DNA from: an uncultured Acidobacteriota bacterium
Lineage (GTDB): Bacteria; Acidobacteriota; Polarisedimenticolia; J045
Direction of reading: 5' to 3'
NCBI GenBank assembly: GCA_963702425.1
Contig: CAVPCQ010000016.1
Span: 96,001-160,000 of the forward strand
Length of the DNA: 64,000 bases
Shown: positions 49,206 through 62,424 of the stretch, piece after piece
How positions within the stretch are numbered: the stretch's first letter is position 1
Layout: the number at the start of each line of letters is the position of its first letter
The notes under the pieces: generated by a model
The model's database searches: none
Told to the model about the DNA's origin: nothing
Seen by the model: the letters and a program-made list of their open reading frames with translations, nothing else
Program-made: the position numbers and the translations under genes

Positions 49206-50483
49206 TCAGCCGTGCGCTCGCCCCAGCACGAGCGCACGCAGTTCCCGCGCCTCCGCCACGCCGTTCCCGCCTGCGGTCCGCCGCCCGTCGGCGCGCGCCG
49301 CCTCCCACCCGGGAACGAGCGCCGCGTCGAAGCGCGGCTCGAAGCGGCGCGCCAGTTCGACCGCCAGCGCCGCACGCGTCGCCGGCGCGCGCCCCGGCGC
49401 GAGCACACCCGCGAGGAAGAGCGCCCCCTGCGCCAGCGCGGCCATCAGGTTCAGCCGCGCGAGGAAGATCGCGTTGGCCTCCGGAACGAAGGTCGCGCCG
49501 CGCGCCTCGGCCGCCGCAAGCGCTCCGTCCACGGGGGTCGCGAGGGCCCGCGTGCCGGCCAGCCAACGGACGAACCGGGCGCGCTCGTGGGGCCCGAAGA
49601 CAACCGGGAAGAGGTCCGCCAACCAGCGTGCGCGTCCCGCGCGCGTGCCTCGCGGGTCGATCCCGACCCCCTGTGCCAGCGCGTCGATCAGGCCGTGCAC
49701 GAACAGCGGCACGTCCAGGTCGGGAGCCGGCGAATCCTCGCGCGCCCAGCGCCGCACGACGCGCGAGAACGCGGGGACGCGGCACCCCGGCGCGGCGCGC
49801 CGGCGCTCCAGGGTCCCCTTCCCCGCGCGCCGCCAGCCCGTGCCGGCCGCGTCGCCGTCGAGGTCGTGAAAGACGCGGACCAGCGCCTCGCCGCCGATTC
49901 CGTGCCGCGAGAGAGCGTGCGGCAGGTGCGGGGCGGCGAGGTGCGCTTCGCCGAAGACGACGATCACCGTACCCTGCGGTCCGAGCGTCTCGGCCAGCGC
50001 GGCGATCCGCTCGGCGGCGACGCGGTCGCGGCGCGCCAGGCTCTCGACCCCGCCGCGCGGCGGCAGGTCGAGCCCGAGCGCCGGCACGCCGTGCGCGCGG
50101 GCGCACCGCAGCAGCCGCGCCGATGCGGCCCACGGATAGCCCCATTCCTCTTCGTAACGAATCAGCCGCCGCAGTTCGGCCGCGCCGACGCCGCCGGAGA
50201 GGTAGCGATCGAGCGCGGCCTGGTCGCGCGCGTGGACCATCTCGAGTCCGAGCGCGAGCGGCCGCGCCGCGAGCCGGTGGACCAGCGCGACCGCGGTCTC
50301 GAGCGCCGAGGGGAGCGCGTGAAACTCGCCGAGCAGCACGACCCGCGCGCGGCGCACGGTCGCCAGCGCCTCGGCCGCGCGGCCGCGCGCGAATCGCAGG
50401 CCGCGGACTTCGCGGTGGAAGCGGCGGACGTAGGGGGATCCGGCGACCGGATCGAGGTCGACGGGCAGGTCGGAGGCGCTCAG
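49206..50483 (-). CDS. ChaN/EreA-like family protein (start codon uncertain)
   Basis: [15 protein letters not shown]...[11 protein letters not shown]...A, VVFGEAH. Confidence 0.6.
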   Translation of the reverse strand: MSASDLPVDLDPVAGSPYVRRFHREVRGLRFARGRAAEALATVRRARVVLLGEFHALPSALETAVALVHRLAARPLALGLEMVHARDQAALDRYLSGGVGAAELRRLIRYEEEWGYPWAASARLLRCARAHGVPALGLDLPPRGGVESLARRDRVAAERIAALAETLGPQGTVIVVFGEAHLAAPHLPHALSRHGIGGEALVRVFHDLDGDAAGTGWRRAGKGTLERRRAAPGCRVPAFSRVVRRWAREDSPAPDLDVPLFVHGLIDALAQGVGIDPRGTRAGRARWLADLFPVVFGPHERARFVRWLAGTRALATPVDGALAAAEARGATFVPEANAIFLARLNLMAALAQGALFLAGVLAPGRAPATRAALAVELARRFEPRFDAALVPGWEAARADGRRTAGGNGVAEARELRALVLGRAHG

Positions 50484-50677
50484 CGCGGGCTGTCCTTGCG
50501 TGAATCGTCGGCGGGTCCGTTGGTGGAGTCGCCCGAGGCCCCGTCCTTCATCGAGTTGCGGAAGTTCTTGATCCCCTCCCCGAGGCCGCGTCCCAACGCC
50601 GGGAGCTTCGACACGCCGAAGAGCAGGACGACGATCACGAGAATCAGCAGCAGTTCGGGGAAGCCGAGATTGGGCAT
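50480..50677 (-). CDS. tatA: Twin-arginine translocase TatA/TatE subunit
   Basis: [37 protein letters not shown]. Confidence 0.92.
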   Translation of the reverse strand: MPNLGFPELLLILVIVVLLFGVSKLPALGRGLGEGIKNFRNSMKDGASGDSTNGPADDSRKDSPR

Positions 50678-50736
50678 GAGCCGTCTCCTCCCTTTCATTA
50701 TGGGGCAAGCGGGGTGGATCCGCCCTGCCGCTCGGC

Positions 50737-52674
50737 TCAGCGCGGGGGCCGGACCTTCCGCTCGTTGCCGATCCGCTGGGTCACGGCCTCGGCATCGAGC
50801 TTCTCGAGCAGTGGAATGGCGTACTTCCGGCTGATCCCGAACAGCTCCTTGAAGGTCGCGACGTCGATCGTCGCGCGGCCGGCCGCCGCTTCGTCACGCA
50901 GGGTCCGCACCACCCGCTCCCACGCGCCGCCGCCGAGCCAGAGGCTCTCCTTGAGCTTGATCGCCTCGCCCCGGCGGGCGGCGAAGGCGAGCAACTGCCG
51001 CGCAGCGGGGCCGCCGCCGAGCCGGGCCAGGAGATCGGCCTCCGGCAGCGCCTCGAAGGCGGCCGCATCCAGCGCGCTCTTGACCGAGGCAAGCCGCTCG
51101 GCCTGCTCCCCTTCGGGCACGGCCCGGTGGCTCGCGAGGCGGACCGCGTCGGGTCGCACCGCAATCGCGCCGCGGGCCTCGAGCCGCGCCAGCAGGCCGC
51201 GAAACTGCTCGGCGCTCCACCCCGGCGCCATGGCGCCGCGCAGCCGCTCGGGAGCCGGGCCGTCCTCGAGCGGCCGGTCGGCATGAGCCCGGGCCAGTTC
51301 CTCGGTGATCCGCGAGAAGAGCGTCTCGCGCGCCGGCACCGAGACGACCCGGTCCCCCTCGAGCAGCACCACCCGAGCCGCCGCGGCCGGGGCCTGCTCC
51401 AGCTCCGCCGCAGCCGCCCGGGCCGCCGCGCGGGTCAGCCCCAGGCGCACCGCGCGCTCGGCCAGATCGACGCCCTCGGGGCCGGCATCGTGCGTGGCGC
51501 GCGCCAGCCGCCCGGCCGGTGTGGCGCGCGCCAGTTCCTCCGTGCGCTGCGGCCACGCCGGATCGTCCCGCCGCCGACGTGGCGGATCGAGGTCGACCAC
51601 GATCCCGCCGCCCAGCGTCGTCACCGGGCTGTAACGGCGCAGGATGAAGCGATCGCCGGGGAGGGCGGCGAGCGGCGCTTCCAGGCGGATCTGCGCTGCG
51701 CCGCGCGCCCCCGGCGCGAGCGGCCGTTCGCGCGGCAACCGCAGGCGCCCCAGCACCTCGGCCGTCCCGTGGTGCACCCGCACGCGCTGCTCGTCCTCCA
51801 GCGGCGCGGGCGCGTCCGCGGTCACCTCGACCAGTGCGTCGAAGACCAGGGTGACCGGCCCGAGCCCGGGCGGAACCAGCACCATCCCGCGCTGGAGCCG
51901 CTCGCGGTCGACCCCCTGGAGGTTCACCGCGACCCGCCGCTGCGGGCCGGCGACCTCGACCGCCGCGCCGTGGACTTGCAGCCCGCGGATCTTCCCGGTC
52001 GGGCCGCCGGGCACCGCTTCGAGCGGTTCGCCGACACTCAGCGCGGCCCCCTGCAGCGTCCCGGTGACGATCGTGCCGAAGCCGCGCGCGGCGAAGACGC
52101 GATCGACCGGGAGTCGCGCCCACGGCCCCGCGGCGCGCTCGGGGAGCCGCGCGGCGACGGCCACGAGCGCCTCGCGCAGCGCGTCGAGCCCGCGGCCGGT
52201 GATGCCGCTCACCGGGATCACCGGGGCCCCCTCGAGGAAGCTCCCCGCCACCAGCTCGCGGACCTCCTCCGCGACCAGCTCGAGCATCCCCTCCTCGACC
52301 AGGTCGCTGCGCGTGATCGCCACCAGTCCCCCCGGGATCCCGAGCAGCCGGCAGATCGCGAGGTGCTCCCTCGTCTGCGGCATCACCGACTCGTCGGCGG
52401 CCACGACGAGCAGCACGAGATCGATCCCGGTCGCGCCCGCGAGCATGTTGTGCACGAAGCGCTCGTGCCCCGGCACGTCGACGAACGAGACCACGACCTC
52501 GCCGATCCGCGCCGGCGCGAAACCGAGATCGATCGTGATCCCGCGCTCCTTCTCCTCCGGCAGGCGGTCGGGATCGATCCCCGTCAGCGCGCGGACGAGC
52601 GTCGACTTGCCGTGATCGATGTGACCGGCGGTGCCGACGACGACGTGGCGCAGGGTTTCGGTGGCGTCGCTCAC
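50737..52674 (-). CDS. selB: Selenocysteine-specific translation elongation factor
   Basis: [41 protein letters not shown]-terminal winged helix [10 protein letters not shown]. Confidence 0.95.
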   Translation of the reverse strand: MSDATETLRHVVVGTAGHIDHGKSTLVRALTGIDPDRLPEEKERGITIDLGFAPARIGEVVVSFVDVPGHERFVHNMLAGATGIDLVLLVVAADESVMPQTREHLAICRLLGIPGGLVAITRSDLVEEGMLELVAEEVRELVAGSFLEGAPVIPVSGITGRGLDALREALVAVAARLPERAAGPWARLPVDRVFAARGFGTIVTGTLQGAALSVGEPLEAVPGGPTGKIRGLQVHGAAVEVAGPQRRVAVNLQGVDRERLQRGMVLVPPGLGPVTLVFDALVEVTADAPAPLEDEQRVRVHHGTAEVLGRLRLPRERPLAPGARGAAQIRLEAPLAALPGDRFILRRYSPVTTLGGGIVVDLDPPRRRRDDPAWPQRTEELARATPAGRLARATHDAGPEGVDLAERAVRLGLTRAAARAAAAELEQAPAAAARVVLLEGDRVVSVPARETLFSRITEELARAHADRPLEDGPAPERLRGAMAPGWSAEQFRGLLARLEARGAIAVRPDAVRLASHRAVPEGEQAERLASVKSALDAAAFEALPEADLLARLGGGPAARQLLAFAARRGEAIKLKESLWLGGGAWERVVRTLRDEAAAGRATIDVATFKELFGISRKYAIPLLEKLDAEAVTQRIGNERKVRPPR

Positions 52675-52685
52675 GGCCGGAGGGC

Positions 52686-54740
52686 TCAGTGGTGCGTCGG
52701 CCCGCTGGGGCGGCGTCCGGCGCGCCACGCCGCGCGCGGCTCGGGACGCTCCTCCGACAGCGGGAAGGGCGGCGCCGTAGCCGCGAGCTCCTTCACCAGC
52801 CGGAGCACCTCCGCGACGCGGAACGGCTTGGCGATCACCGGCCGCGGCGCGGGCCCTTCCAGCTCCGCCCGCCGTGGGTCGCCGGTGCTGAAGAGCACGC
52901 GATCGGCGAGGTGCGGCGCGCGGCGGCGCAGCTGCTCGTAAAGCTCGAGCCCGGACAGCCGCGGCATGCGCAGATCGGAGACGATCACGTCGGCCCCACG
53001 CTCGAGCAGCCAGGCGAGCGCCGCCTCGGGGTCCTCCATCGCCCGCGCCTGGGCGCCGGCCTCGCGCAGCGCGGCGACGAGCACGGCGCCGACCGCGCTC
53101 TCGTCGTCGACGACCAGCACCGAGAGGCCGTCGAGCCGCGGCAGCAGCGGCGGGACCGTGTCGGGCGGCTCCTCGAGCGCCCGCCGCACGAGCCCCGGCG
53201 CGCCGGCCGGCAGGCGGACGCCGGCCACCGGCCGGTCGACCGATTGCGGCAGCGTCAGGATGAAGCGCGCGCCGCGCCCCGGCGCGGAGTCGACGTCGAG
53301 CGTGCCGCCGTGCTCAGCCACCGCGCCGCAGACGACTGCGAGCCCGAGACCGGTCCCCTTCCCCTCCGGCTTGGTCGTGAAGAACGGGTCGAAGATCCGG
53401 CCCATGTGCTCGGGCGCGATCCCGGGCCCGGTGTCGCCGACGACCAGCCGGGCGCCGCCCGGGGCGGGACCGATCTCGATCTCGATCTCGCGCCGGCCCG
53501 GATGCCCCTCGAGCGCGTGCAGCGCATTGGTCAGCAGGTTGAGCAGCACCTGGAGGATCTCGTCCGGCGCGACCTCGACCGCGGGCGTGTCCGGATCGAC
53601 GTGCAGCACCGCCTCGACGTGCTCCGTGCGCAGGGTCGCCGCCATCGTGGACAGCGCGCGATCGGCGATCCCCGCCAGCGCCACCGGCGAACGCCGGTGC
53701 CCGCCGGGACGCGCGACGCTCATCAGCTCCGACACCAGCCGGTGGCAGCGCTGCGCCTCCTCCTCGATGATCGAGAGCCACGCCCCGCGCTCCACCGACT
53801 CGGGGTCGCGCCGCAGGAGCTGCGCGAAGCCGATCACGGTCGTCAGCGGGTTGTTGATCTCGTGCGCCAGGTTGGACGCCAGCTGCCCGGCCGTCGAGAG
53901 CCGCTCGGCCCGCGCCAGCAGCGACTGCCGCGCCCGCTCGTCGGTCACGTCGCCGATCAGCAGCACGACTCCCCGCTCGTCCGCGCCGGGAAGCGCCGCG
54001 CCCGGTACGGCGCGGACGGCGAGCGTACGGCCGTCGCCGGGCAGGAGCAGCTCGGCCGACGCGCGTCCTCGCGCTCGAACCTCCAGCAGGAGTGGCGCGA
54101 GCGGCAGCGACGCGATGTGCGCCAGCGGGGCCCCCTCCACCGGCCCGGCCCCGAGCGGGGCCAGCAGCTCCGCAGCGTGCCTGTTCGAGAGCCGCACGCA
54201 CCCGTCGGGATCGAGCAGGACGAGTCCCTCGGGAATCCCCTCGATCACGCTTTCCAGCCGCTCGAACTGCTCGCGGCCCGGGGCCGCCCGGCCCGGCCGC
54301 CGTCCGAGCCCGTCGAGCGCACCCGCCAGCAGTTCTGCCGGCTCGGCGAGTGCGACCAGGTCGTCGATCACGAAGGGGACCTCGGCCCGCGCGAGCACCA
54401 GGACCCCGGCCCCCGACGTCGACAGCGGCAGGACGAGCTGCTCGCGCTGCCCGAGCGACCAGAGCAGGTCGTCCTTCGCGTCGCTCCGCCCGTCGGCCAG
54501 CGAGAGGGCGACGGGCTCGCGCCGGAGCGGCCCCAGCGGAACCGGCGGCGCGGCGAGCGGGACCCACTGCGTCTGATGGCGCCGGCGCACCACCTCGAGC
54601 CGCGCTGCCGACGGATCGCTCAGCGCCACCAGGTCGGCGGCCGGGTCGCAGGCCGCACACCACGCCGCGAAGACCTCCTCGCGGCCGTCGGCGGCGAAGA
54701 GTGCGAGCGCGAGGTCGGCGATCGTCGAGAAACGCCCCAT
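52686..54740 (-). CDS. Hybrid sensor histidine kinase/response regulator (PAS, HisKA, HATPase, REC)
   Basis: AHEINNPL, NLLTNA, DTGPG, FFTTK, GTGLGL, VLVVDDE, SDLRMP. Confidence 0.9.
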   Translation of the reverse strand: MGRFSTIADLALALFAADGREEVFAAWCAACDPAADLVALSDPSAARLEVVRRRHQTQWVPLAAPPVPLGPLRREPVALSLADGRSDAKDDLLWSLGQREQLVLPLSTSGAGVLVLARAEVPFVIDDLVALAEPAELLAGALDGLGRRPGRAAPGREQFERLESVIEGIPEGLVLLDPDGCVRLSNRHAAELLAPLGAGPVEGAPLAHIASLPLAPLLLEVRARGRASAELLLPGDGRTLAVRAVPGAALPGADERGVVLLIGDVTDERARQSLLARAERLSTAGQLASNLAHEINNPLTTVIGFAQLLRRDPESVERGAWLSIIEEEAQRCHRLVSELMSVARPGGHRRSPVALAGIADRALSTMAATLRTEHVEAVLHVDPDTPAVEVAPDEILQVLLNLLTNALHALEGHPGRREIEIEIGPAPGGARLVVGDTGPGIAPEHMGRIFDPFFTTKPEGKGTGLGLAVVCGAVAEHGGTLDVDSAPGRGARFILTLPQSVDRPVAGVRLPAGAPGLVRRALEEPPDTVPPLLPRLDGLSVLVVDDESAVGAVLVAALREAGAQARAMEDPEAALAWLLERGADVIVSDLRMPRLSGLELYEQLRRRAPHLADRVLFSTGDPRRAELEGPAPRPVIAKPFRVAEVLRLVKELAATAPPFPLSEERPEPRAAWRAGRRPSGPTHH

Positions 54741-54854
54741 GTCTCCCCGGCACGCGGTGCGCGCCGGGCCGATTCTAACCCCGGCACCCCGCGAACTGGG
54801 GCGGACCGTCACGGGTTCGTGCGAGGAGCAGCGACCGGGCGCGGGCGCGCCGCG

Positions 54855-55856
54855 TCAGGAGCGGCGCTTGGTGCCCTTGGATCGGACGGGCTGGGCCGCC
54901 GCCGGACGGGGCCGGTTGAAGATCCGGCGCAGGCGCTGCTTGGCCTGGGTCTCGATCTGCCGGACGCGCTCGCGGCTGACCCCCATCTTCTCGCCGATCT
55001 CCTTGAGCGTCAGGATCGGGCAGCCCTCGAGGCCGAAGCGGTGCCTGATCACCACCTGCTCCTGGTCGGACAGGTACTGCAGCGCCTGCGTCACCAGCGT
55101 CGTCCCCTCGCGCTTGAGGAGGTTCTCCTCCGGGCTCTCATCGTCGGGATCGGTCAGGAAGTCGGAGACCGGCGTCTTCTTGTCCTTGCCGACGGTGTCG
55201 TCGATCGAGGTCTCCCGGGAGTGCACCTGCAGCACCTGGTCGACCTTCTTGATCGAGACGTCCATCCGGTCGCTGATCTCCTGCCGCTCCGGCGAACGGC
55301 CCAGCTCCTTGCGCAGCGTGCGCTCGGTGTCGCGGACCTCGCGGACCTTCTTCATCTGGTAGGTCGGAACGCGGACCAGGTTGACCTGCTCCGCCAGCGC
55401 CTTGAGGATCGACTTGCGGATCCACCAGATGGCGTAGGTGATGAACTTCGTCCCCTTGGCGGGGTCGTAGCGCTTGGCGGCCTCGATCAGCCCGAGGTTC
55501 CCCTCGTTGAGCAGGTCCTCGAGCGGGAGGCCGAGGTTGCGGTACTCGCTCGCGACCTTGACCACGAACGAGAGGTTCGACGCCACGAGGTGATCGAAGG
55601 CGTCGGAGTCGCCGGCCTGCACCCGTCGCGCGAGCTGCTGTTCCTGCTCCTTGGTGAGCAGGGGGTACTCGCGGATCTCGGTGAAGTAGCGCGACAGGAT
55701 CGTCCGGTCGGATGAGCCCCCGTCCGACGACCGCTCCCCGGGCTTGCGGGATGGGGAGACTGCGCGCGCGGGGCTGGGCCCGCGATCAGAACTGCTCGCC
55801 ACGTGACCTGCTCCGCCACGGTCCGGGTCTACCGGACCATTGGCCAGATCGAGCAC
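54855..55856 (-). CDS. RpoD/SigA-family alternative sigma70 factor lacking region 1.1 (start uncertain)
   Basis: YFTEIREYPLLT, DLLNEGNLGL, KFITYAIWWIR, TLKEIG...SRERVRQIE. Confidence 0.9.
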   Translation of the reverse strand: MLDLANGPVDPDRGGAGHVASSSDRGPSPARAVSPSRKPGERSSDGGSSDRTILSRYFTEIREYPLLTKEQEQQLARRVQAGDSDAFDHLVASNLSFVVKVASEYRNLGLPLEDLLNEGNLGLIEAAKRYDPAKGTKFITYAIWWIRKSILKALAEQVNLVRVPTYQMKKVREVRDTERTLRKELGRSPERQEISDRMDVSIKKVDQVLQVHSRETSIDDTVGKDKKTPVSDFLTDPDDESPEENLLKREGTTLVTQALQYLSDQEQVVIRHRFGLEGCPILTLKEIGEKMGVSRERVRQIETQAKQRLRRIFNRPRPAAAQPVRSKGTKRRS

Positions 55857-56033
55857 CCGTCTCCCCGTGGCGGAAGCTCCGCCTTACCCGTGATCCTCAT
55901 CCGTCGGACAGCCTCGGTGCCAACTGGATCCGAACGGCGTGCGGGTAAGACGCTGGCGAGGGCGAATATGACGGCTGGATCGGCGGGCGTCAACAGAGGT
56001 TCTGTGACAGCCCCGAAACACCCGGTTTACGGT

Positions 56034-56795
56034 TCAGTTCGTCCACCGGTCGTCGTCGCGATCCCCGCGCACGACGCGGAAAGGCGGCCGCGAGGGGTCC
56101 CGCCCGCCCCCCCCGGTCCAGCCCCCGAATCCGCCCCCGAAACCGCGGCTCATCCCGCGCTTGAACAGCCACGCGGCCAGCGCCCCGACGGCCAGGCCGC
56201 CGAGGTGCGCCAGGTGCGCCACGGGGTCGCGCGGGTTGGACGAGACGCTGCCGAGGACCGTCACGACGGCGTAGACGATCACGACGACCTTGGCGCTCAG
56301 CGGGAACGGGATCGGGAAGACGAACAGCTGGCGGTTCGGAAAGAGGACCGCGAAGGCCGCCGACACGCCGAGCACGCCGGCCGACGCCCCGATCACCGGC
56401 GACGAGATGCCGCGCAGCAGGCCGACCGCGGCGTAGAGCAGGCCACCGCCGACCACGCAGTAGGCGAAGAAGCGCAGAAAGCGCGGGGTCCCGAACATCC
56501 GCTCGACGTCCCCGCCGAACATCCAGAGGCCGAGCATGTTGAACAGCAGGTGCCAGACCCCGCCGTGCAGCAGCGCGTAGGTCGCGAGGGTCCAGAGTGG
56601 GTATGGCGGCTGCAGCAGCATCGGCGGCCAGAGCGCGACGTAGCCCAGGATCCCGTCGGCCCGCACGACCGTCTCCAGCACGAACTGGATCGCGTACGAA
56701 ACGCCGAGGACCCAGAGCAGGATCTTCACGCCCGGCGTGACGGGGGGGAAGGCGAGCGTGACGGACGTCCCCTGCGGACCACGGTAGTAGGACAT
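56034..56795 (-). CDS. Rhomboid family intramembrane serine protease
   Basis: HLLFNM, GASAG, AHLAHLGG. Confidence 0.9.
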   Translation of the reverse strand: MSYYRGPQGTSVTLAFPPVTPGVKILLWVLGVSYAIQFVLETVVRADGILGYVALWPPMLLQPPYPLWTLATYALLHGGVWHLLFNMLGLWMFGGDVERMFGTPRFLRFFAYCVVGGGLLYAAVGLLRGISSPVIGASAGVLGVSAAFAVLFPNRQLFVFPIPFPLSAKVVVIVYAVVTVLGSVSSNPRDPVAHLAHLGGLAVGALAAWLFKRGMSRGFGGGFGGWTGGGGRDPSRPPFRVVRGDRDDDRWTN

Positions 56796-56829
56796 GGGCG
56801 AGGCAGTATACCTTCCGGGACCGGGCCGG

Positions 56830-57498
56830 CTATCGCCGCGGAGCGCGAACGGGAGGAGGAGCGGGTTCGGGAGCGGGATCGCGTTCGAGTTCGATGATCC
56901 CCTCGGACAGCTTCACGTGGAGCCACACGCCGCCGGCGGGGAAGGTCCCCTGTGCGTCGGCCGGCTTCCCGTCCGCCGTGCAGCCCGACCGGCCGGTGAG
57001 CCCGCACGCGAAGGTCTCCTTCTTCCCTCCCACCTCGAGCACCCAGCGCCAGGCCCGCATCCCGCGCTGGTTGACCACCTCGGCGGTCAGGTGGTGCGGA
57101 CCGTCGTCGAGCAGCGTCATCAGGTCGAACCACTCCGCGCGCAGCTGGGCCGGCGGCGCGATCTCCTCGCCGTCGAGCAGCAGCCGGACCGCGTCGTCGG
57201 CCTCGGCCACCTTGACCCGCGCGACGAGCGGCGGGGGCGGCGCGTCGCCGAACTCGATCCGTCGCACCTCGCGACGCTGGACCGTGCGGCGCGCGCCCTC
57301 GACCTCCACCACCAGCACGAAGGCATCCAGCGAAACGACGCGGCCGGCGAGTTCGCTGCCATCGGCCAGCGTGACGCGATCGGCAGCCTCGCGCGGCTCC
57401 GCGGCCAGGGACGCGTGCGCCGTGAGCGTGAGCGCGACCGCCAGGCCGAGCGCCAGCGCCGCGCCGAGGATCGGCGTCCGATTGCGTGAGCGGGACAT
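56830..57498 (-). CDS. Secreted hypothetical protein
   Basis: AGGAGG RBS, signal peptide, DRVTLADGSELAGRV motif, Cys pair. Confidence 0.6.
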   Translation of the reverse strand: MSRSRNRTPILGAALALGLAVALTLTAHASLAAEPREAADRVTLADGSELAGRVVSLDAFVLVVEVEGARRTVQRREVRRIEFGDAPPPPLVARVKVAEADDAVRLLLDGEEIAPPAQLRAEWFDLMTLLDDGPHHLTAEVVNQRGMRAWRWVLEVGGKKETFACGLTGRSGCTADGKPADAQGTFPAGGVWLHVKLSEGIIELERDPAPEPAPPPVRAPRR

Positions 57499-57569
57499 CG
57501 CGCGCCTCCTTTTCGTCCACGCGCGGCCCGGCGGCGCTAGCCTGCCTCGGCCCGCGGAGGAGGATCATC

Positions 57570-58898
<1,329 letters not shown>

Positions 58899-60549
58899 CC
58901 ACGCCGGCGGCGAGCCGCACCAGGAGAAGCGACAGGACCGCGGCGAAGACCGTCCAGCCGGCCACCAGCGCGAGCGTCAGCCGGGTGCTGTCCAGGACGA
59001 TCAGGCCGAGCGCACCGAGCAGGACCGGAGGAACGGCGGCGAGCGCCGCCAGCAGCATTCCGAGCAGGCTGGCGGCCGGGCTGGGATTGCTCGCCGATCC
59101 GATCCGGCCGAGGTCCACCGCCTTCGGGAAGAGTGCGGAGAGCAGCGCGGCGAGCGGCGCGAAAACGAGGTACGCGGAGAGGCCCACCAGCAGGGACGCG
59201 ATCCAGAGCCAGGGTGACGGGTCGGGCGCGAAGATCGCGGCCACCGCCAGGTAGATCAGCGTCGAACCGCCGAAGAAGATCCCCAGGCCCGCCGCGTTCC
59301 CGACGACGATGTCGCGCCCCGAGATCGGGGAGAGCAACTGCAGCGTCAGCCCGGCCCCGTCGGCGGCAAACTGGTTGAGCTGCAGGTTCTGCATCGAGAG
59401 CAGCGCGAGGAGCGCCGCGCCGGCGGCCAGAATCGGCCCCGTGTGCGGACCGAGGCTCGAAGCCAGGCCGCCTTCCGTGAGGCGGGTCATCGCCACGGCC
59501 GCGATCAGCATCCCGACCGGCGTGTAGAAGAGCGCCATCTTCCCCTGGATCGTCCGCAGGCTCAGCTTTCATCTTGGCCGAGGCCACCGCGGAGGCCGCC
59601 GCGCCGATCCCGGGGATCTTCAACGTGGCGGCGCGCGTCGACGCGCGCGCGCGGCGCGACGGGCCGGACTGCGGCGAATCGAGCAGGCGCCGGTACGCGG
59701 ACCAGGAGATCCCGTAGAGCCCCGCCGTGATCAGGGCCAGCGCCCCGAGCGAGAGGGCGCGGGAGGATGCGAGAGCGGGGCCCGGCTGGATGGCCCGCGT
59801 GTAGAACACCGTGGGCGCGAAGCGCGTGATGTCGATCGTCGGCTCCCCGCGCTTGCGCCCGTCGCGTTCGGCGTCGTGGCGCACGCCGAGCAGCGCCGGC
59901 ACGAAGCCGATCATCGACAGCGACACGAGGATCAGCAGCGACGCGAGCTCGCCGCGGCGGCGGTTGCGGTACAGCAGGGCCAGCACGTGCGAGACGCAGG
60001 ACCCCAGCGCGAGGTAGAAGGCGAGCAGCACGATCCCCGCGACGAGAGCGACCACGGCCGACCCGATCGCGCCCGCCGCGGCGAGGCCGGCCGGCAGCAG
60101 GAGGACCACCGGGACGACGAGCGCGATCCAGGGATCCATCACCCCGGCGACGAGGTCGAGCAGGTGCAGCAGCGGGCGCGGGATCGGCAGCAGCAGGAGG
60201 CGCGTGAGGCTGAGGTCCTTGCGGCTGATCGATCGGACCATCGGGGCCACCAGGACCACGATCGTGATCGTCGCCAGGAAGGCGCCCAGCACGATCGGGA
60301 TCATGCGGGCCGTGTCGGCATCGGCACCGCCGCCCCCGCCCGAGCAGGTAGCCGGCGACGAACGCGAGCGCGCCCAGGCCGATCAGCCCGGGAACGAAGA
60401 GGACTCGCGAGGACGATCGGGACGATCGCCGACAGCGCGCGCGCGCCGCGCTCGAGCGCATCGCGGCGCCGCGTCCCCCGGAAGGAGTTCAGGAACTCGC
60501 GCCAGCGCAGCCAGGCGAACGCGCGGAGCAGCGGGATCACGGCGCCGGC

Positions 60550-61317
60550 TCAGGCCTGGAGCCACGCGAGGGCCGGCTTCTGCAGCTCCCCCGCGCCGAC
60601 CAGCCCGAGGAAGATCTCCTCCAGCGTCCGGCCCCCGGACGCACCGGCGCGCAGCTCCGCGACCGGGCCCTCGGCGATCAGGCGGCCCTTGTGGATCACG
60701 CCGATCCAGTCCGAGAGCCGCTCGACGATCTCGAGGATGTGCGAGGTCAGGAAGATCGTGCCGCCCCCCTTCACGAAGCCGAGCAGCAGGTCCTTGATCT
60801 GCCGCGACGCGATCGCGTCGATCCCCTCGAACGGCTCGTCGAGGAAGAGCAGGCGCGGCGCCGGGAGCAGGGCGACCGACAGCGCGAGCTTCTTCTTCAT
60901 GCCGTGCGAGTAGTCGGCGACCATCGCGCCGGCGTCCCCGGCGAGGTCCATCACCTGCAGCAGCTCCTCGCTGCGCGCGCGGATCGTCTCGCGGTCGAGC
61001 CCGTGCACCTGGCCGACGAACGAGAGCGTCTCCGCCCCCGAGAGGCGCTCGAAGAGGGCCAGGTCCTCGGGCATGACCCCGACCCGGCGCTTCACCCCGA
61101 CGGGATCCGCCAGCGGATCGATCCCGAGGATCCGCATCGTGCCGGCCGTCGGCCGCAGCAGGCCGGTGAGGCACTTGATCGTCGTCGACTTGCCCGCGCC
61201 GTTCGGGCCGAGGAAGCCGTAGAGCGACCCCTTCGGCACGGCGAGGTCGATCCCGTCCACGGCGACGAGGTCACCGAAGGAGCGACGCAGGCCCTTCGTT
61301 TCGATGGCGATGTCCAT
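60550..61317 (-). CDS. ABC transporter ATP-binding protein
   Basis: GPNGAGKS, YSHGMKKK, FLDEPF, SH. Confidence 0.95.
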   Translation of the reverse strand: MDIAIETKGLRRSFGDLVAVDGIDLAVPKGSLYGFLGPNGAGKSTTIKCLTGLLRPTAGTMRILGIDPLADPVGVKRRVGVMPEDLALFERLSGAETLSFVGQVHGLDRETIRARSEELLQVMDLAGDAGAMVADYSHGMKKKLALSVALLPAPRLLFLDEPFEGIDAIASRQIKDLLLGFVKGGGTIFLTSHILEIVERLSDWIGVIHKGRLIAEGPVAELRAGASGGRTLEEIFLGLVGAGELQKPALAWLQA

Positions 61318-61328
61318 GGGCCGGGATT

Positions 61329-62424
61329 CTAGCGCCGCCGCCCCGCCCCCGGCAGCGCCAGCGGGTGCGCCGCCGCGGCCTCGATCGCGATCGCGATCAG
61401 CCGCTCGAGCAGCTCACCGTAGGCCACCCCCGAAGCCGCCCACAGCCGCGGGTACATCGAGATCGGCGTGAACCCCGGGAGCGTGTTCACCTCGTTGAGC
61501 ACGAAGCGGCCGGTCTCGCGCGACAGCAGGAAATCGACGCGCGCCAGCCCGGCCAGGTCCAGTTCGCGGAACGCCCGCACCGCATGGTCTCGCAGCGCGT
61601 CCGCCAGCGGCGGGTCGAGCGGCGCGGGGATCAGCAGCTGCGAGTCGGGATCGTTGTACTTCGCGTCGTAGTCGTAGAACTCGGCGCCGGGGAGGATCTC
61701 GCCGACGACCGAGGCCTCCGGCCGCCACAGCCCGAGCACCGCGACCTCGACCTCGCGTGCCGCCGGGATCGCCTCCTCGATCACGACCTTCGGGTCGACG
61801 GCGCGCGCCGCGGCGACGGCCGCCGGCAGCTCCGCCGCGCCGCGCGACCTTCGTGATCCCGACCGACGACCCGGCGCGCGCCGGCTTGACGAAGACCGGC
61901 CAGCCCAGCGCCTCGGCGGCCGCCAGCAGGCGCGGCGCGTCGTCGGCCTCCGGCCCCTCGAAGACCGCGTCCCGCACGACCGGGATCCCGGCCTGCGCCA
62001 GCACGCGCCGCGTGCGGTCCTTGTCCATCGCCAGCGACGAGCCGAGCACGCCGGCCCCGACGCACGGGATCCCGGCCAGCGTCAGCACCCCCTGCAGCGT
62101 CCCGTCCTCGCCCCCCGAGCCGTGCACGATCGGGAACACGGCGTCGAGCGGCGGCGTCAGCGCGCGGCCGGTCGCCTCCTCGCGCAGCGCCCGGTCGCCG
62201 CGGTGCGACGGCCAGCGCACGACCGTCCCGGCCCCGCGGTCGAGGCCGCCGTCGAGCAGCTCCTCGCCGCCGACCCGCGGCCGCCCCTCGCGGTCGACGC
62301 CGACCAGCACGATCTCGTTCCGCGCGCGGTCGAGGTTGTCGAAGATCCCGCGCGCCGAAACCAGCGAGACCTCGTGCTCGACCGAGCGCCCCCCGAAGAC
62401 CAGCGCCACGACCCGTCGGCTCAT
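61329..62424 (-). CDS. ddl: D-alanine--D-alanine ligase (frameshift near 61845)
   Basis: FGGRSVEHEVS, HGSGGEDG, KPARAGSSVG, FYDYDAKY, NEVNTLPGFT..SMYP. Confidence 0.92.
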
